This document shows, in pieces, positions 24,512 through 38,943 of a stretch of DNA of 64,000 nt. The position numbers were made by a program, and so were the translations under genes. The stretch comes from Lingula anatina. Lineage: Eukaryota; Animalia; Brachiopoda. The notes below the pieces were generated by a model. It had not been told where the DNA came from and ran no database searches. It worked only from the letters and a program-made list of their open reading frames with translations. Within the stretch, counting starts at the first letter, position 1; each line of letters begins with the position of its first letter. Location of the stretch: contig CM120640.1 of NCBI GenBank assembly GCA_051362555.1, positions 7,440,001 to 7,504,000 on the forward strand, given 5' to 3'.

Positions 24512-24915
24512 GGTTGTTGATGACAATATTGTTATAATTGAAAGTGCTTTATTTTCTTTTAAACACTTAAAAATCAATACTGCATAATAAAACATATTTG
24601 CAAAATGTCTTTTTCTTAGAATGTTAGTTGAGTTAAATTGATCTGATGACCATTGTTAAGATTAATTCATAATGGACTGTGTCTAAAGGACGAGAGATAT
24701 TTGCACCCCCGATATAAATTAATTGAAGCGTTTGGTCGCCGCAAAATGGTCTTGGGTAGTGGTATTTCCCCGCCCAATTACGTCAATTTGACTGAACATG
24801 TTATACTATGAGTACAAAACCTTTTTTCAGCTGGAGGTAAGGCATGACAAGGAGATAGAATTTGTCGCAAGAGAGAGGAATGTAAACGTAAAATGTTCAA
24901 TTTTTTTTCAATGCT

Positions 24916-25031
24916 AACCTCCATGAGGAGGTCTTGAAAAATTAGTCTATAGACTCATTGTATTGTTCCTCTCCACGGAAATCTTTAGTAAAAGGCGAAA
25001 GATTTATTCGTGGATGAAGAGAAACCAGAGT
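24916..25031 (-). ncRNA. RNU5: U5 snRNA copy 12
   Basis: Array copy. Confidence 0.95.
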
Positions 25032-25551
25032 GAAGACCTCACTGCCCTTACCGGTTATATACTTCATTTTAGTAGCATTTGAAATGGGAGTGACTTTGCA
25101 TAATTATTCTAAAAAAACAGCTTCATATATTTTGTGCTATTGAGATAATACTTGAGACATTTTTAATTTCTCTATAGCAATAACATGTAATATTTTAGTT
25201 TGGGAATAACAAACAGTACCATCTTTGGTTCTTTTGAAAAGCTCGTTCTTTTTAATGCCATGTGCCGACGGGTAAGGCGCGCAGTCGGTCGCCAATAAAA
25301 GGGGTCATGCATGTAGGTGTTGCACGTTTATATTTAACATCTAAAACACTCCGACGCTCTCAGTGCCAACAGTAAACATGTTTTGACATTTGAAATTCAC
25401 CTGAGATATTGTTGGCGGATGCCGTACTTGGTGAAACGCTTGGTGATCATCATGCAAAATGATATAAATTCCAGTTATAGCAACAGTTTAGTTCGGACAT
25501 GATCATGGCCAAATGGAAAGTGTGTTGAAAAGTAAAATAATGTAAAAATAA

Positions 25552-25850
25552 AGAGTTGGGTCAAGTTCTTTTGGTTAGGCTACCAGCAGGCTTCTATTCA
25601 CGGATGCGATCCCACCATACTGCTCGACACGGGACCTTTTGGCTGCTGCATTTCTGCCCTGACCCAATGCGGTCCTCTTTGGTCAACCTGGTCGACCAGA
25701 CCTCCGTCCAGCTTACCATATTGATGCCGAGCTTAGTGCGGACACCCGATCGCCATAGACAGACGACCGGCAGAAGCCCTAACCTCACACCATCCACCAG
25801 CTCAGACCTCTGAACAGCCAGATTACAGGAGCCCGCCACAGCTCCCAGTC
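25552..25850 (-). ncRNA. RN7SL: 7SL RNA copy 12
   Basis: Array copy. Confidence 0.95.
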
Positions 25851-26254
25851 GGTTGTTGATGACAATATTGTTATAATTGAAAGTGCTTTATTTTCTTTTA
25901 AACACTTAAAAATCAATACTGCATAATAAAACATATTTGCAAAATGTCTTTTACTTAGAATGTTAGTTGAGTTAAATTGATCTGATGACCATTGTTAAGA
26001 TTAATTCATAATGGACTGTGTCTAAAGGACGAGAGATATTTGCACCCCCGATATAAATTAATTGAAGCGTTTGGTCGCCGCAAAATGGTCTTGGGTAGTG
26101 GTATTTCCCCACCCAATTACGTCAATTTGACTGAACATGTTATACTATGAGTACAAAACCTTTTTTCAGCTGGAGGTAAGGCATGACAAGGAGATAGAAT
26201 TTGTCGCAAGAGAGAGGAATGTAAACGTAAAATGTTCAATTTTTTTTCAATGCT

Positions 26255-26370
26255 AACCTCCATGAGGAGGTCTTGAAAAATTAGTCTATAGACTCATTGT
26301 ATTGTTCCTCTCCACGGAAATCTTTAGTAAAAGGCGAAAGATTTATTCGTGGATGAAGAGAAACCAGAGT
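26255..26370 (-). ncRNA. RNU5: U5 snRNA copy 13
   Basis: Array copy. Confidence 0.95.
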
Positions 26371-26890
26371 GAAGACCTCACTGCCCTTACCGGTTATATA
26401 CTTCATTTTAGTAGCATTTGAAATGGGAGTGACTTTGCATAATTATTCTAAAAAAACAGCTTCATATATTTTGTGCTATTGAGATAATACTTGAGACATT
26501 TTTAATTTCTCTATAGCAATAACATGTAATATTTTAGTTTGGGAATAACAAACAATACCATCTTTGGTTCTTTTGAAAAGCTCGTTCTTTTTAATGCCAT
26601 GTGCCGACGGGTAAGGCACGCAGTCGGTCGCCAATAAAAGGGGTCATGCATGTAGGTGTTGCACGTTTATATTTAACATCTAAAACACTCCGACGCTCTC
26701 AGTGCCAACAGTAAACATGTTTTGACATTTGAAATTCACCTGAGATATTGTTGGCGGATGCCGTACTTGGTGAAACGCTTGGTGATCATCATGCAAAATG
26801 ATATAAATTCCAGTTATAGCAACAGTTTAGTTCGGACATGATCATGGCCAAATGGAAAGTGTGTTGAAAAGTAAAATAATGTAAAAATAA

Positions 26891-27189
26891 AGAGTTGGGT
26901 CAAGTTCTTTTGGTTAGGCTACCAGCAGGCTTCTATTCACGGATGCGATCCCACCATACTGCTCGACACGGAACCTTTTGGCTGCTGCATTTCTGCCCTG
27001 ACCCAATGCGGTCCGCTTTGGTCAACCTGGTCGACCAGACCTCCGTCCAGCTTACCATATTGATGCCGAGCTTAGTGCGGACACCCGATCGCCATAGACA
27101 GACGACCGGCAGAAGCCCTAACCTCACACCATCCACCAGCTCAGACCTCTGAACAGCCAGATTACAGGAGCCCGCCACAGCTCCCAGTC
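26891..27189 (-). ncRNA. RN7SL: 7SL RNA copy 13
   Basis: Array copy. Confidence 0.95.
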
Positions 27190-27593
27190 GGTTGTTGATG
27201 ACAATATTGTTATAATTGAAAGTGCTTTATTTTCTTTTAAACACTTAAAAATCAATACTGCATAATAAAACATATTTGCAAAATGTCTTTTACTTAGAAT
27301 GTTAGTTGAGTTAAATTGATCTGATGACCATTGTTAAGATTAATTCATAATGGACTGTGTCTAAAGGACGAGAGATATTTGCACCCCCGATATAAATTAA
27401 TTGAAGCGTTTGGTCGCCGCAAAATGGTCTTGGGTAGTGGTATTTCCCCGCCCAATTACGTCAATTTGACTGAACATGTTATACTATGAGTACAAAACCT
27501 TTTTTCAGCTGGAGGTAAGGCATGACAAGGAGATAGAATTTGTCGCAAGAGAGAGGAATGTAAACGTAAAATGTTCAATTTTTTTTCAATGCT

Positions 27594-27709
27594 AACCTCC
27601 ATGAGGAGGTCTTGAAAAATTAGTCTATAGACTCATTGTATTGTTCCTCTCCACGGAAATCTTTAGTAAAAGGCGAAAGATTTATTCGTGGATGAAGAGA
27701 AACCAGAGT
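27594..27709 (-). ncRNA. RNU5: U5 snRNA copy 14
   Basis: Array copy. Confidence 0.95.
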
Positions 27710-28229
27710 GAAGACCTCACTGCCCTTACCGGTTATATACTTCATTTTAGTAGCATTTGAAATGGGAGTGACTTTGCATAATTATTCTAAAAAAACAGCT
27801 TCATATATTTTGTGCTATTGAGATAATACTTGAGACATTTTTAATTTCTCTATAGCAATAACATGTAATATTTTAGTTTGGGAATAACAAACAATACCAT
27901 CTTTGGTTCTTTTGAAAAGCTCGTTCTTTTTAATGCCATGTGCCGACGGGTAAGGCGCGCAGTCGGTCGCCAATAAAAGGGGTCATGCATGTAGGTGTTG
28001 CACGTTTATATTTAACATCTAAAACACTCCGACGCTCTCAGTGCCAACAGTAAACATGTTTTGACATTTGAAATTCACCTGAGATATTGTTGGCGGATGC
28101 CGTACTAGGTGAAACGCTTGGTGATCATCATGCAAAATGATATAAATTCCAGTTATAGCAACAGTTTAGTTCGGACATGATCATTGGCAAATTGAAAGTG
28201 TGTTGAAAAGTAAAATAATTTAAAAATAA

Positions 28230-28528
28230 AGAGTTGAGTTTAGTTCTTTTGGTTAGGCGACCAGCAGGCTTCTATTCACGGATGCGATCCCACCATACTG
28301 CTCGACACGGAACCTTTTGGCTGCTGCATTTCTGCCCTGACCCAATGCGGTCCGCTTTGGTCAACCTGGTCGACCAGACCTCCGTCCAGCTTACCATATT
28401 GATGCCGAGCTTAGTGCGGACACCCGATCGCCATAGACAGACGACCGGCAGAAGCCCTAACCTCACACCATCCACCAGCTCAGACCTCTGAACAGCCAGA
28501 TTACAGGAGCCCGCCACAGCTCCCAGTC
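28230..28528 (-). ncRNA. RN7SL: 7SL RNA copy 14
   Basis: Array copy. Confidence 0.95.
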
Positions 28529-28932
28529 GGTTGTTGATGACAATATTGTTATAATTGAAAGTGCTTTATTTTCTTTTAAACACTTAAAAATCAATACTGC
28601 ATAATAAAACATATTTGCAAAATGTCTTTTACTTAGAATGTTAGTTGAGTTAAATTGATCTGATGACCATTGTTAAGATTAATTCATAATGGACTGTGTC
28701 TAAAGGACGAGAGATATTTGCACCCCCGATATAAATTAATTGAAGCGTTTGGTCGCCGCAAAATGGTCTTGGGTAGTGGTATTTCCCCGCCCAATTACGT
28801 CAATTTGACTGAACATGTTATACTATGAGTACAAAACCTTTTTTCAGCTGGAGGTAAGGCATGACAAGGAGATAGAATTTGTCGCAAGAGAGAGGAATGT
28901 AAACGTAAAATGTTCAATTTTTTTTCAATGCT

Positions 28933-29048
28933 AACCTCCATGAGGAGGTCTTGAAAAATTAGTCTATAGACTCATTGTATTGTTCCTCTCCACGGAAATC
29001 TTTAGTAAAAGGCGAAAGATTTATTCGTGGATGAAGAGAAACCAGAGT
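28933..29048 (-). ncRNA. RNU5: U5 snRNA copy 15
   Basis: Array copy. Confidence 0.95.
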
Positions 29049-29568
29049 GAAGACCTCACTGCCCTTACCGGTTATATACTTCATTTTAGTAGCATTTGAA
29101 ATGGGAGTGACTTTGCATAATTATTCTAAAAAAACAGCTTCATATATTTTGTGCTATTGAGATAATACTTGAGACATTTTTAATTTCTCTATAGCAATAA
29201 CATGTAATATTTTAGTTTGGGAATAACAAACAATACCATCTTTGGTTCTTTTGAAAAGCTCGTTCTTTTTAATGCCATGTGCCGACGGGTAAGGCGCGCA
29301 GTCGGTCGCCAATAAAAGGGGTCATGCATGTAGGTGTTGCACGTTTATATTTAACATCTAAAACACTCCGACGCTCTCAGTGCCAACAGTAAACATGTTT
29401 TGACATTTGAAATTCACCTGAGATATTGTTGGCGGATGCCGTACTTGGTCAAACGCTTGGTGATCATCATGCAAAATGATATAAATTCCAGTTATAGCAA
29501 CAGTTTAGTTCGGACATGATCATGGCCAAATGGAAAGTGTGTTGAAAAGTAAAATAATGTAAAAATAA

Positions 29569-29867
29569 AGAGTTGGGTCAAGTTCTTTTGGTTAGGCTAC
29601 CAGCAGGCTTCTATTCACGGATGCGATCCCACCATACTGCTCGACACGGGACCTTTTGGCTGCTGCATTTCTGCCCTGACCCAATGCAGTCCGCTTTGGT
29701 CAACCTGGTCGACCAGACCTCCGTCCAGCTTACCATATTGATGCCGAGCTTAGTGCGGACACCCGATCGCCATAGACAGACGACCGGCAGAAGCCCTAAC
29801 CTCACACCATCCACCAGCCCAGACCTCTGAACAGCCAGATTACAGGAGCCCGCCACAGCTCCCAGTC
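29569..29867 (-). ncRNA. RN7SL: 7SL RNA copy 15
   Basis: Array copy. Confidence 0.95.
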
Positions 29868-30271
29868 GGTTGTTGATGACAATATTGTTATAATTGAAAG
29901 TGCTTTATTTTCTTTTAAACACTTAAAAATCAATACTGCATAATAAAACATATTTGCAAAATGTCTTTTTCTTAGAATGTTAGTTGAGTTAAATTGATCT
30001 GATGACCATTGTTAAGATTAATTCATAATGGACTGTGTCTAAAGGACGAGAGATATTTGCACCCCCGATATAAATTAATTGAAGCGTTTGGTCGCCGCAA
30101 AATGGTCTTGGGTAGTGGTATTTCCCCACCCAATTACGTCAATTTGACTGAACATGTTATACTATGAGTACAAAACCTTTTTTCAGCTGGAGGTAAGGCA
30201 TGACAAGGAGATAGAATTTGTCGCAAGAGAGAGGAATGTAAACGTAAAATGTTCAATTTTTTTTCAATGCT

Positions 30272-30387
30272 AACCTCCATGAGGAGGTCTTGAAAAATTA
30301 GTCTATAGACTCATTGTATTGTTCCTCTCCACGGAAATCTTTAGTAAAAGGCGAAAGATTTATTCGTGGATGAAGAGAAACCAGAGT
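30272..30387 (-). ncRNA. RNU5: U5 snRNA copy 16
   Basis: Array copy. Confidence 0.95.
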
Positions 30388-30907
30388 GAAGACCTCACTG
30401 CCCTTACCGGTTATATACTTCATTTTAGTAGCATTTGAAATGGGAGTGACTTTGCATAATTATTCTAAAAAAACAGCTTCATATATTTTGTGCTATTGAG
30501 ATAATACTTGAGACATTTTTAATTTCTCTATAGCAATAACATGTAATATTTTAGTTTGGGAATAACAAACAATACCATCTTTGGTTCTTTTGAAAAGCTC
30601 GTTCTTTTTAATGCCATGTGCCGACGGGTAAGGCGCGCAGTCGGTCGCCAATAAAAGGGGTCATGCATGTAGGTGTTGCACGTTTATATTTAACATCTAA
30701 AACACTCCGACGCTCTCAGTGCCAACAGTAAACATGTTTTGACATTTGAAATTCACCTGAGATATTGTTGGCGGATGCCGTACTTGGTCAAATGCTTGGT
30801 GATCATCATGCAAAATGATATAAATTCCAGTTATAGCAACAGTTTAGTTCGGACATGATCATTGGCAAATTGAAAGTGTGTTGAAAAGTAAAATAATTTA
30901 AAAATAA

Positions 30908-31206
30908 AGAGTTGAGTCTAGTTCTTTTGGTTAGGCGACCAGCAGGCTTCTATTCACTGATGCGATCCCACCATACTGCTCGACACGGAACCTTTTGGCT
31001 GCTGCATTTCTGCCCTGACCCAATGCGGTCCGCTTTGGTCAACCTGGTCGACCAGACCTCCGTCCAGCTTACCATATTGATGCCGAGCTTAGTGCGGACA
31101 CCCGATCGCCATAGACAGACGACCGGCAGAAGCCCTAACCTCACACCATCCACCAGCTCAGACCTCTGAACAGCCAGATTACAGGAGCCCGCCACAGCTC
31201 CCAGTC
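30908..31206 (-). ncRNA. RN7SL: 7SL RNA copy 16
   Basis: Array copy. Confidence 0.95.
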
Positions 31207-31610
31207 GGTTGTTGATGACAATATTGTTATAATTGAAAGTGCTTTATTTTCTTTTAAACACTTAAAAATCAATACTGCATAATAAAACATATTTGCAAAA
31301 TGTCTTTTTCTTAGAATGTTAGTTGAGTTAAATTGATCTGATGACCATTGTTAAGATTAATTCATAATGGACTGTGTCTAAAGGACGAGAGATATTTGCA
31401 CCCCCGATATAAATTAATTGAAGCGTTTGGTCGCCGCAAAATGGTCTTGGGTAGTGGTATTTCCCCGCCCAATTACGTCAATTTGACTGAACATGTTATA
31501 CTATGAGTACAAAACCTTTTTTCAGCTGGAGGTAAGGCATGACAAGGAGATAGAATTTGTCGCAAGAGAGAGGAATGTAAACGTAAAATGTTCAATTTTT
31601 TTTCAATGCT

Positions 31611-31726
31611 AACCTCCATGAGGAGGTCTTGAAAAATTAGTCTATAGACTCATTGTATTGTTCCTCTCCACGGAAATCTTTAGTAAAAGGCGAAAGATTT
31701 ATTCGTGGATGAAGAGAAACCAGAGT
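31611..31726 (-). ncRNA. RNU5: U5 snRNA copy 17
   Basis: Array copy. Confidence 0.95.
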
Positions 31727-32246
31727 GAAGACCTCACTGCCCTTACCGGTTATATACTTCATTTTAGTAGCATTTGAAATGGGAGTGACTTTGCATAATT
31801 ATTCTAAAAAAACAGCTTCATATATTTTGTGCTATTGAGATAATACTTGAGACATTTTTAATTTCTCTATAGCAATAACATGTAATATTTTAGTTTGGGA
31901 ATAACAAACAGTACCATCTTTGGTTCTTTTGAAAAGCTCGTTCTTTTTAATGCCATGTGCCGACGGGTAAGGCGCGCAGTCGGTCGCCAATAAAAGGGGT
32001 CATGCATGTAGGTGTTGCACATTTATATTTAACATCTAAAACACTCCGACGCTCTCAGTGCCAACAGTAAACATGTTTTGACATTTGAAATTCACCTGAG
32101 ATATTGTTGGCGGATGCCGTACTTGGTGAAACGCTTGGTGATCATCATGCAAAATGATATAAATTCCAGTTATAGCAACAGTTTAGTTCGGACATGATCA
32201 TGGCCAAATGGAAAGTGTGTTGAAAAGTAAAATAATGTAAAAATAA

Positions 32247-32545
32247 AGAGTTGGGTCAAGTTCTTTTGGTTAGGCTACCAGCAGGCTTCTATTCACGGAT
32301 GCGATCCCACCATACTGCTCGACACGGAACCTTTTGGCTGCTGCATTTCTGCCCTGACCCAATGCGGTCCGCTTTGGTCAACCTGGTCGACCAGACCTCC
32401 GTCCAGCTTACCATATTGATGCCGAGCTTAGTGCGGACACCCGATCGCCATAGACAGACGACCGGCAGAAGCCCTAACCTCACACCATCCACCAGCTCAG
32501 ACCTCTGAACAGCCAGATTACAGGAGCCCGCCACAGCTCCCAGTC
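32247..32545 (-). ncRNA. RN7SL: 7SL RNA copy 17
   Basis: Array copy. Confidence 0.95.
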
Positions 32546-32949
32546 GGTTGTTGATGACAATATTGTTATAATTGAAAGTGCTTTATTTTCTTTTAAACAC
32601 TTAAAAATCAATACTGCATAATAAAACATATTTGCAAAATGTCTTTTTCTTAGAATGTTAGTTGAGTTAAATTGATCTGATGACCATTGTTAAGATTAAT
32701 TCATAATGGACTGTGTCTAAAGGACGAGAGATATTTGCACCCCCGATATAAATTAATTGAAGCGTTTGGTCGCCGCAAAATGGTCTTGGGTAGTGGTATT
32801 TCCCCGCCCAATTACGTCAATTTGACTGAACATGTTATACTATGAGTACAAAACCTTTTTTCAGCTGGAGGTAAGGCATGACAAGGAGATAGAATTTGTC
32901 GCAAGAGAGAGGAATGTAAACGTAAAATGTTCAATTTTTTTTCAATGCT

Positions 32950-33065
32950 AACCTCCATGAGGAGGTCTTGAAAAATTAGTCTATAGACTCATTGTATTGT
33001 TCCTCTCCACGGAAATCTTTAGTAAAAGGCGAAAGATTTATTCGTGGATGAAGAGAAACCAGAGT
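32950..33065 (-). ncRNA. RNU5: U5 snRNA copy 18
   Basis: Array copy. Confidence 0.95.
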
Positions 33066-33585
33066 GAAGACCTCACTGCCCTTACCGGTTATATACTTCA
33101 TTTTAGTAGCATTTGAAATGGGAGTGACTTTGCATAATTATTCTAAAAAAACAGCTTCATATATTTTGTGCTATTGAGATAATACTTGAGACATTTTTAA
33201 TTTCTCTATAGCAATAACATGTAATATTTTAGTTTGGGAATAACAAACAGTACCATCTTTGGTTCTTTTGAAAAGCTCGTTCTTTTTAATGCCATGTGCC
33301 GACGGGTAAGGCGCGCAGTCGGTCGCCAATAAAAGGGGTCATGCATGTAGGTGTTGCACATTTATATTTAACATCTAAAACACTCCGACGCTCTCAGTGC
33401 CAACAGTAAACATGTTTTGACATTTGAAATTCACCTGAGATATTGTTGGCGGATGCCGTACTTGGTGAAACGCTTGGTGATCATCATGCAAAATGATATA
33501 AATTTCAGTTATAGCAACAGTTTAGTTCGGACATGATCATGGCCAAATGGAAAGTGTGTTGAAAAGTAAAATAATGTAAAAATAA

Positions 33586-33884
33586 AGAGTTGGGTCAAGT
33601 TCTTTTGGTTAGGCTACCAGCAGGCTTCTATTCACGGATGCGATCCCACCATACTGCTCGACACGGGACCTTTTGGCTGCTGCATTTCTGCCCTGACCCA
33701 ATGCGGTCCTCTTTGGTCAACCTGGTCGACCAGACCTCCGTCCAGCTTACCATTTTGATGCCGAGCTTAGTGCGGACACCCGATCGCCATAGACAGACGA
33801 CCGGCAGAAGCCCTAACCTCACACCATCCACCAGCTCAGACCTCTGAACAGCCAGATTACAGGAGCCCGCCACAGCTCCCAGTC
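33586..33884 (-). ncRNA. RN7SL: 7SL RNA copy 18
   Basis: Array copy. Confidence 0.95.
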
Positions 33885-34288
33885 GGTTGTTGATGACAAT
33901 ATTGTTATAATTGAAAGTGCTTTATTTTCTTTTAAACACTTAAAAATCAATACTGCATAATAAAACATATTTGCAAAATGTCTTTTACTTAGAATGTTAG
34001 TTGAGTTAAATTGATCTGATGACCATTGTTAAGATTAATTCATAATGGACTGTGTCTAAAGGACGAGAGATATTTGCACCCCCGATATAAATTAATTGAA
34101 GCGTTTGGTCGCCGCAAAATGGTCTTGGGTAGTGGTATTTCCCCACCCAATTACGTCAATTTGACTGAACATGTTATACTATGAGTACAAAACCTTTTTT
34201 CAGCTGGAGGTAAGGCATGACAAGGAGATAGAATTTGTCGCAAGAGAGAGGAATGTAAACGTAAAATGTTCAATTTTTTTTCAATGCT

Positions 34289-34404
34289 AACCTCCATGAG
34301 GAGGTCTTGAAAAATTAGTCTATAGACTCATTGTATTGTTCCTCTCCACGGAAATCTTTAGTAAAAGGCGAAAGATTTATTCGTGGATGAAGAGAAACCA
34401 GAGT
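34289..34404 (-). ncRNA. RNU5: U5 snRNA copy 19
   Basis: Array copy. Confidence 0.95.
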
Positions 34405-34925
34405 GAAGACCTCACTGCCCTTACCGGTTATATACTTCATTTTAGTAGCATTTGAAATGGGAGTGACTTTGCATAATTATTCTAAAAAAACAGCTTCATA
34501 TATTTTGTGCTATTGAGATAATACTTGAGACATTTTTAATTTCTCTATAGCAATAACATGTAATATTTTAGTTTGGGAATAACAAACAATACCATCTTTG
34601 GTTCTTTTGAAAAGCTCGTTCTTTTTAATGCCATGTGCCGACGGGTAAGGCGCGCAGTCGGTCGCCAATAAAAGGGGTCATGCATGTAGGTGTTTGCACG
34701 TTTATATTTAACATCTAAAACACTCCGACGCTCTCAGTGCAAACAGTAAACATGTTTTGACATTTGAAATTCACCTGAGATATTGTTGGCGGATGCCGTA
34801 CTTGGTCAAACGCTTGGTGATCATCATGCAAAATGATATAAATTCCAGTTATAGCAACAGTTTAGTTCGGACATGATCATGGCCAAATGGAAAGTGTGTT
34901 GAAAAGTAAAATAATGTAAAAATAA

Positions 34926-35224
34926 AGAGTTGGGTCAAGTTCTTTTGGTTAGGCTACCAGCAGGCTTCTATTCACGGATGCGATCCCACCATACTGCTCG
35001 ACACGGGACCTTTTGGCTGCTGCATTTCTGCCCTGACCCAATGCGGTCCGCTTTGGTCAACCTGGTCGACCAGACCTCCGTCCAGCTTACCATATTGATG
35101 CCGAGCTTAGTGCGGACACCCGATCGCCATAGACAGACGACCGGCAGAAGCCCTAACCTCACACCATCCACCAGCTCAGACCTCTGAACAGCCAGATTAC
35201 AGGAGCCCGCCACAGCTCCCAGTC
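34926..35224 (-). ncRNA. RN7SL: 7SL RNA copy 19
   Basis: Array copy. Confidence 0.95.
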
Positions 35225-35628
35225 GGTTGTTGATGACAATATTGTTATAATTGAAAGTGCTTTATTTTCTTTTAAACACTTAAAAATCAATACTGCATAA
35301 TAAAACATATTTGCAAAATGTCTTTTACTTAGAATGTTAGTTGAGTTAAATTGATCTGATGACCATTGTTAAGATTAATTCATAATGGACTGTGTCTAAA
35401 GGACGAGAGATATTTGCACCCCCGATATAAATTAATTGAAGCGTTTGGTCGCCGCAAAATGGTCTTGGGTAGTGGTATTTCCCCGCCCAATTACGTCAAT
35501 TTGACTGAACATGTTATACTATGAGTACAAAACCTTTTTTCAGCTGGAGGTAAGGCATGACAAGGAGATAGAATTTGTTGCAAGAGAGAGGAATGTAAAC
35601 GTAAAATGTTCAATTTTTTTTCAATGCT

Positions 35629-35744
35629 AACCTCCATGAGGAGGTCTTGAAAAATTAGTCTATAGACTCATTGTATTGTTCCTCTCCACGGAAATCTTTA
35701 GTAAAAGGCGAAAGATTTATTCGTGGATGAAGAGAAACCAGAGT
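35629..35744 (-). ncRNA. RNU5: U5 snRNA copy 20
   Basis: Array copy. Confidence 0.95.
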
Positions 35745-36265
35745 GAAGACCTCACTGCCCTTACCGGTTATATACTTCATTTTAGTAGCATTTGAAATGG
35801 GAGTGACTTTGCATAATTATTCTAAAAAAACAGCTTCATATATTTTGTGCTATTGAGATAATACTTGAGACATTTTTAATTTCTCTATAGCAATAACATG
35901 TAATATTTTAGTTTGGGAATAACAAACAATACCATCTTTGGTTCTTTTGAAAAGCTCGTTCTTTTTAATGCCATGTGCCGACGGGTAAGGCGCGCAGTCG
36001 GTCGCCAATAAAAGGGGTCATGCATGTAGGTGTTTGCACGTTTATATTTAACATCTAAAACACTCCGACGCTCTCAGTGCAAACAGTAAACATGTTTTGA
36101 CATTTGAAATTCACCTGAGATATTGTTGGCGGATGCCGTACTTGGTGAAACGCTTGGTGATCATCATGCAAAATGATATAAATTCCAGTTATAGCAACAG
36201 TTTAGTTCGGACATGATCATGGCCAAATGGAAAGTGTGTTGAAAAGTAAAATAATGTAAAAATAA

Positions 36266-36564
36266 AGAGTTGGGTCAAGTTCTTTTGGTTAGGCTATCAG
36301 CAGGCTTCTATTCACGGATGCGATCCCACCATACTGCTCGACACGGGACCTTTTGGCTGCTGCATTTCTGCCCTGACCCAATGCGGTCCTCTTTGGTCAA
36401 CCTGGTCGACCAGACCTCCGTCCAGCTTACCATATTGATGCCGAGCTTAGTGCGGACACCCGATCGCCATAGACAGACGACCGGCAGAAGCCCTAACCTC
36501 ACACCATCCACCAGCTCAGACCTCTGAACAGCCAGATTACAGGAGCCCGCCACAGCTCCCAGTC
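36266..36564 (-). ncRNA. RN7SL: 7SL RNA copy 20
   Basis: Array copy. Confidence 0.95.
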
Positions 36565-36968
36565 GGTTGTTGATGACAATATTGTTATAATTGAAAGTGC
36601 TTTATTTTCTTTTAAACACTTAAAAATCAATACTGCATAATAAAACATATTTGCAAAATGTCTTTTACTTAGAATGTTAGTTGAGTTAAATTGATCTGAT
36701 GACCATTGTTAAGATTAATTCATAATGGACTGTGTCTAAAGGACGAGAGATATTTGCACCCCCGATATAAATTAATTGAAGCGTTTGGTCGCCGCAAAAT
36801 GGTCTTGGGTAGTGGTATTTCCCCGCCCAATTACGTCAATTTGACTGAACATGTTATACTATGAGTACAAAACCTTTTTTCAGCTGGAGGTAAGGCATGA
36901 CAAGGAGATAGAATTTGTCGCAAGAGAGAGGAATGTAAACGTAAAATGTTCAATTTTTTTTCAATGCT

Positions 36969-37084
36969 AACCTCCATGAGGAGGTCTTGAAAAATTAGTC
37001 TATAGACTCATTGTATTGTTCCTCTCCACGGAAATCTTTAGTAAAAGGCGAAAGATTTATTCGTGGATGAAGAGAAACCAGAGT
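36969..37084 (-). ncRNA. RNU5: U5 snRNA copy 21
   Basis: Array copy. Confidence 0.95.
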
Positions 37085-37604
37085 GAAGACCTCACTGCCC
37101 TTACCGGTTATATACTTCATTTTAGTAGCATTTGAAATGGGAGTGACTTTGCATAATTATTCTAAAAAAACAGCTTCATATATTTTGTGCTATTGAGATA
37201 ATACTTGAGACATTTTTAATTTCTCTATAGCAATAACATGTAATATTTTAGTTTGGGAATAACAAACAATACCATCTTTGGTTCTTTTGAAAAGCTCGTT
37301 CTTTTTAATGCCATGTGCCGACGGGTAAGGCGCGCAGTCGGTCGCCAATAAAAGGGGTCATGCATGTAGGTGTTGCACATTTATATTTAACATCTAAAAC
37401 ACTCCGACGCTCTCAGTGCCAACAGTAAACATGTTTTGACATTTGAAATTCACCTGAGATATTGTTGGCGGATGCCGTACTTGGTGAAACGCTTGGTGAT
37501 CATCATGCAAAATGATATAAATTCCAGTTATAGCAACAGTTTAGTTCGGACATGATCATTGGCAAATGGAAAGTGTGTTGAAAAGTAAAATAATTTAAAA
37601 ATAA

Positions 37605-37903
37605 AGAGTTGAGTTTAGTTCTTTTGGTTAGGCGACCAGCAGGCTTCTATTCACGGATGCGATCCCACCATACTGCTCGACACGGAACCTTTTGGCTGCT
37701 GCATTTCTGCCCTGACCCAATGCGGTCCACTTTGGTCAAACTGGTCGACCAGACCTCCGTCCAGCTTACCATATTGATGCCGAGCTTAGTGCGGACACCC
37801 GATCGCCATAGACAGACGACCGGCAGAAGCCCTAACCTCACACCATCCACCAGCTCAGACCTCTGAACAGCCAGATTACAGGAGCCCGCCACAGCTCCCA
37901 GTC
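37605..37903 (-). ncRNA. RN7SL: 7SL RNA copy 21
   Basis: Array copy. Confidence 0.95.
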
Positions 37904-38307
37904 GGTTGTTGATGACAATATTGTTATAATTGAAAGTGCTTTATTTTCTTTTAAACACTTAAAAATCAATACTGCATAATAAAACATATTTGCAAAATGT
38001 CTTTTACTTAGAATGTTAGTTGAGTTAAATTGATCTGATGACCATTGTTAAGATTAATTCATAATGGACTGTGTCTAAAGGACGAGAGATATTTGCACCC
38101 CCGATATAAATTAATTGAAGCGTTTGGTCGCCGCAAAATGGTCTTGGGTAGTGGTATTTCCCCGCCCAATTACGTCAATTTGACTGAACATGTTATACTA
38201 TGAGTACAAAACCTTTTTTCAGCTGGAGGTAAGGCATGACAAGGAGATAGAATTTGTCGCAAGAGAGAGGAATGTAAACGTAAAATGTTCAATTTTTTTT
38301 CAATGCT

Positions 38308-38423
38308 AACCTCCATGAGGAGGTCTTGAAAAATTAGTCTATAGACTCATTGTATTGTTCCTCTCCACGGAAATCTTTAGTAAAAGGCGAAAGATTTATT
38401 CGTGGATGAAGAGAAACCAGAGT
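38308..38423 (-). ncRNA. RNU5: U5 snRNA copy 22
   Basis: Array copy. Confidence 0.95.
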
Positions 38424-38943
38424 GAAGACCTCACTGCCCTTACCGGTTATATACTTCATTTTAGTAGCATTTGAAATGGGAGTGACTTTGCATAATTATT
38501 CTAAAAAAACAGCTTCATATATTTTGTGCTATTGAGATAATACTTGAGACATTTTTAATTTCTCTATAGCAATAACATGTAATATTTTAGTTTGGGAATA
38601 ACAAACAATACCATCTTTGGTTCTTTTGAAAAGCTCGTTCTTTTTAATGCCATGTGCCGACGGGTAAGGCGCGCAGTCGGTCGCCAATAAAAGGGGTCAT
38701 GCATGTAGGTGTTGCACGTTTATATTTAACATCTAAAACACTCCGACGCTCTCAGTGCCAACAGTAAACATGTTTTGACATTTGAAATTCACCTGAGATA
38801 TTGTTGGCGGATGCCGTACTTGGTCAAACGCTTGGTGATCATCATGCAAAATGATATAAATTCCAGTTATAGCAACAGTTTAGTTCGGACATGATCATTG
38901 GCAAATTGAAAGTGTGTTGAAAAGTAAAATAATGTAAAAATAA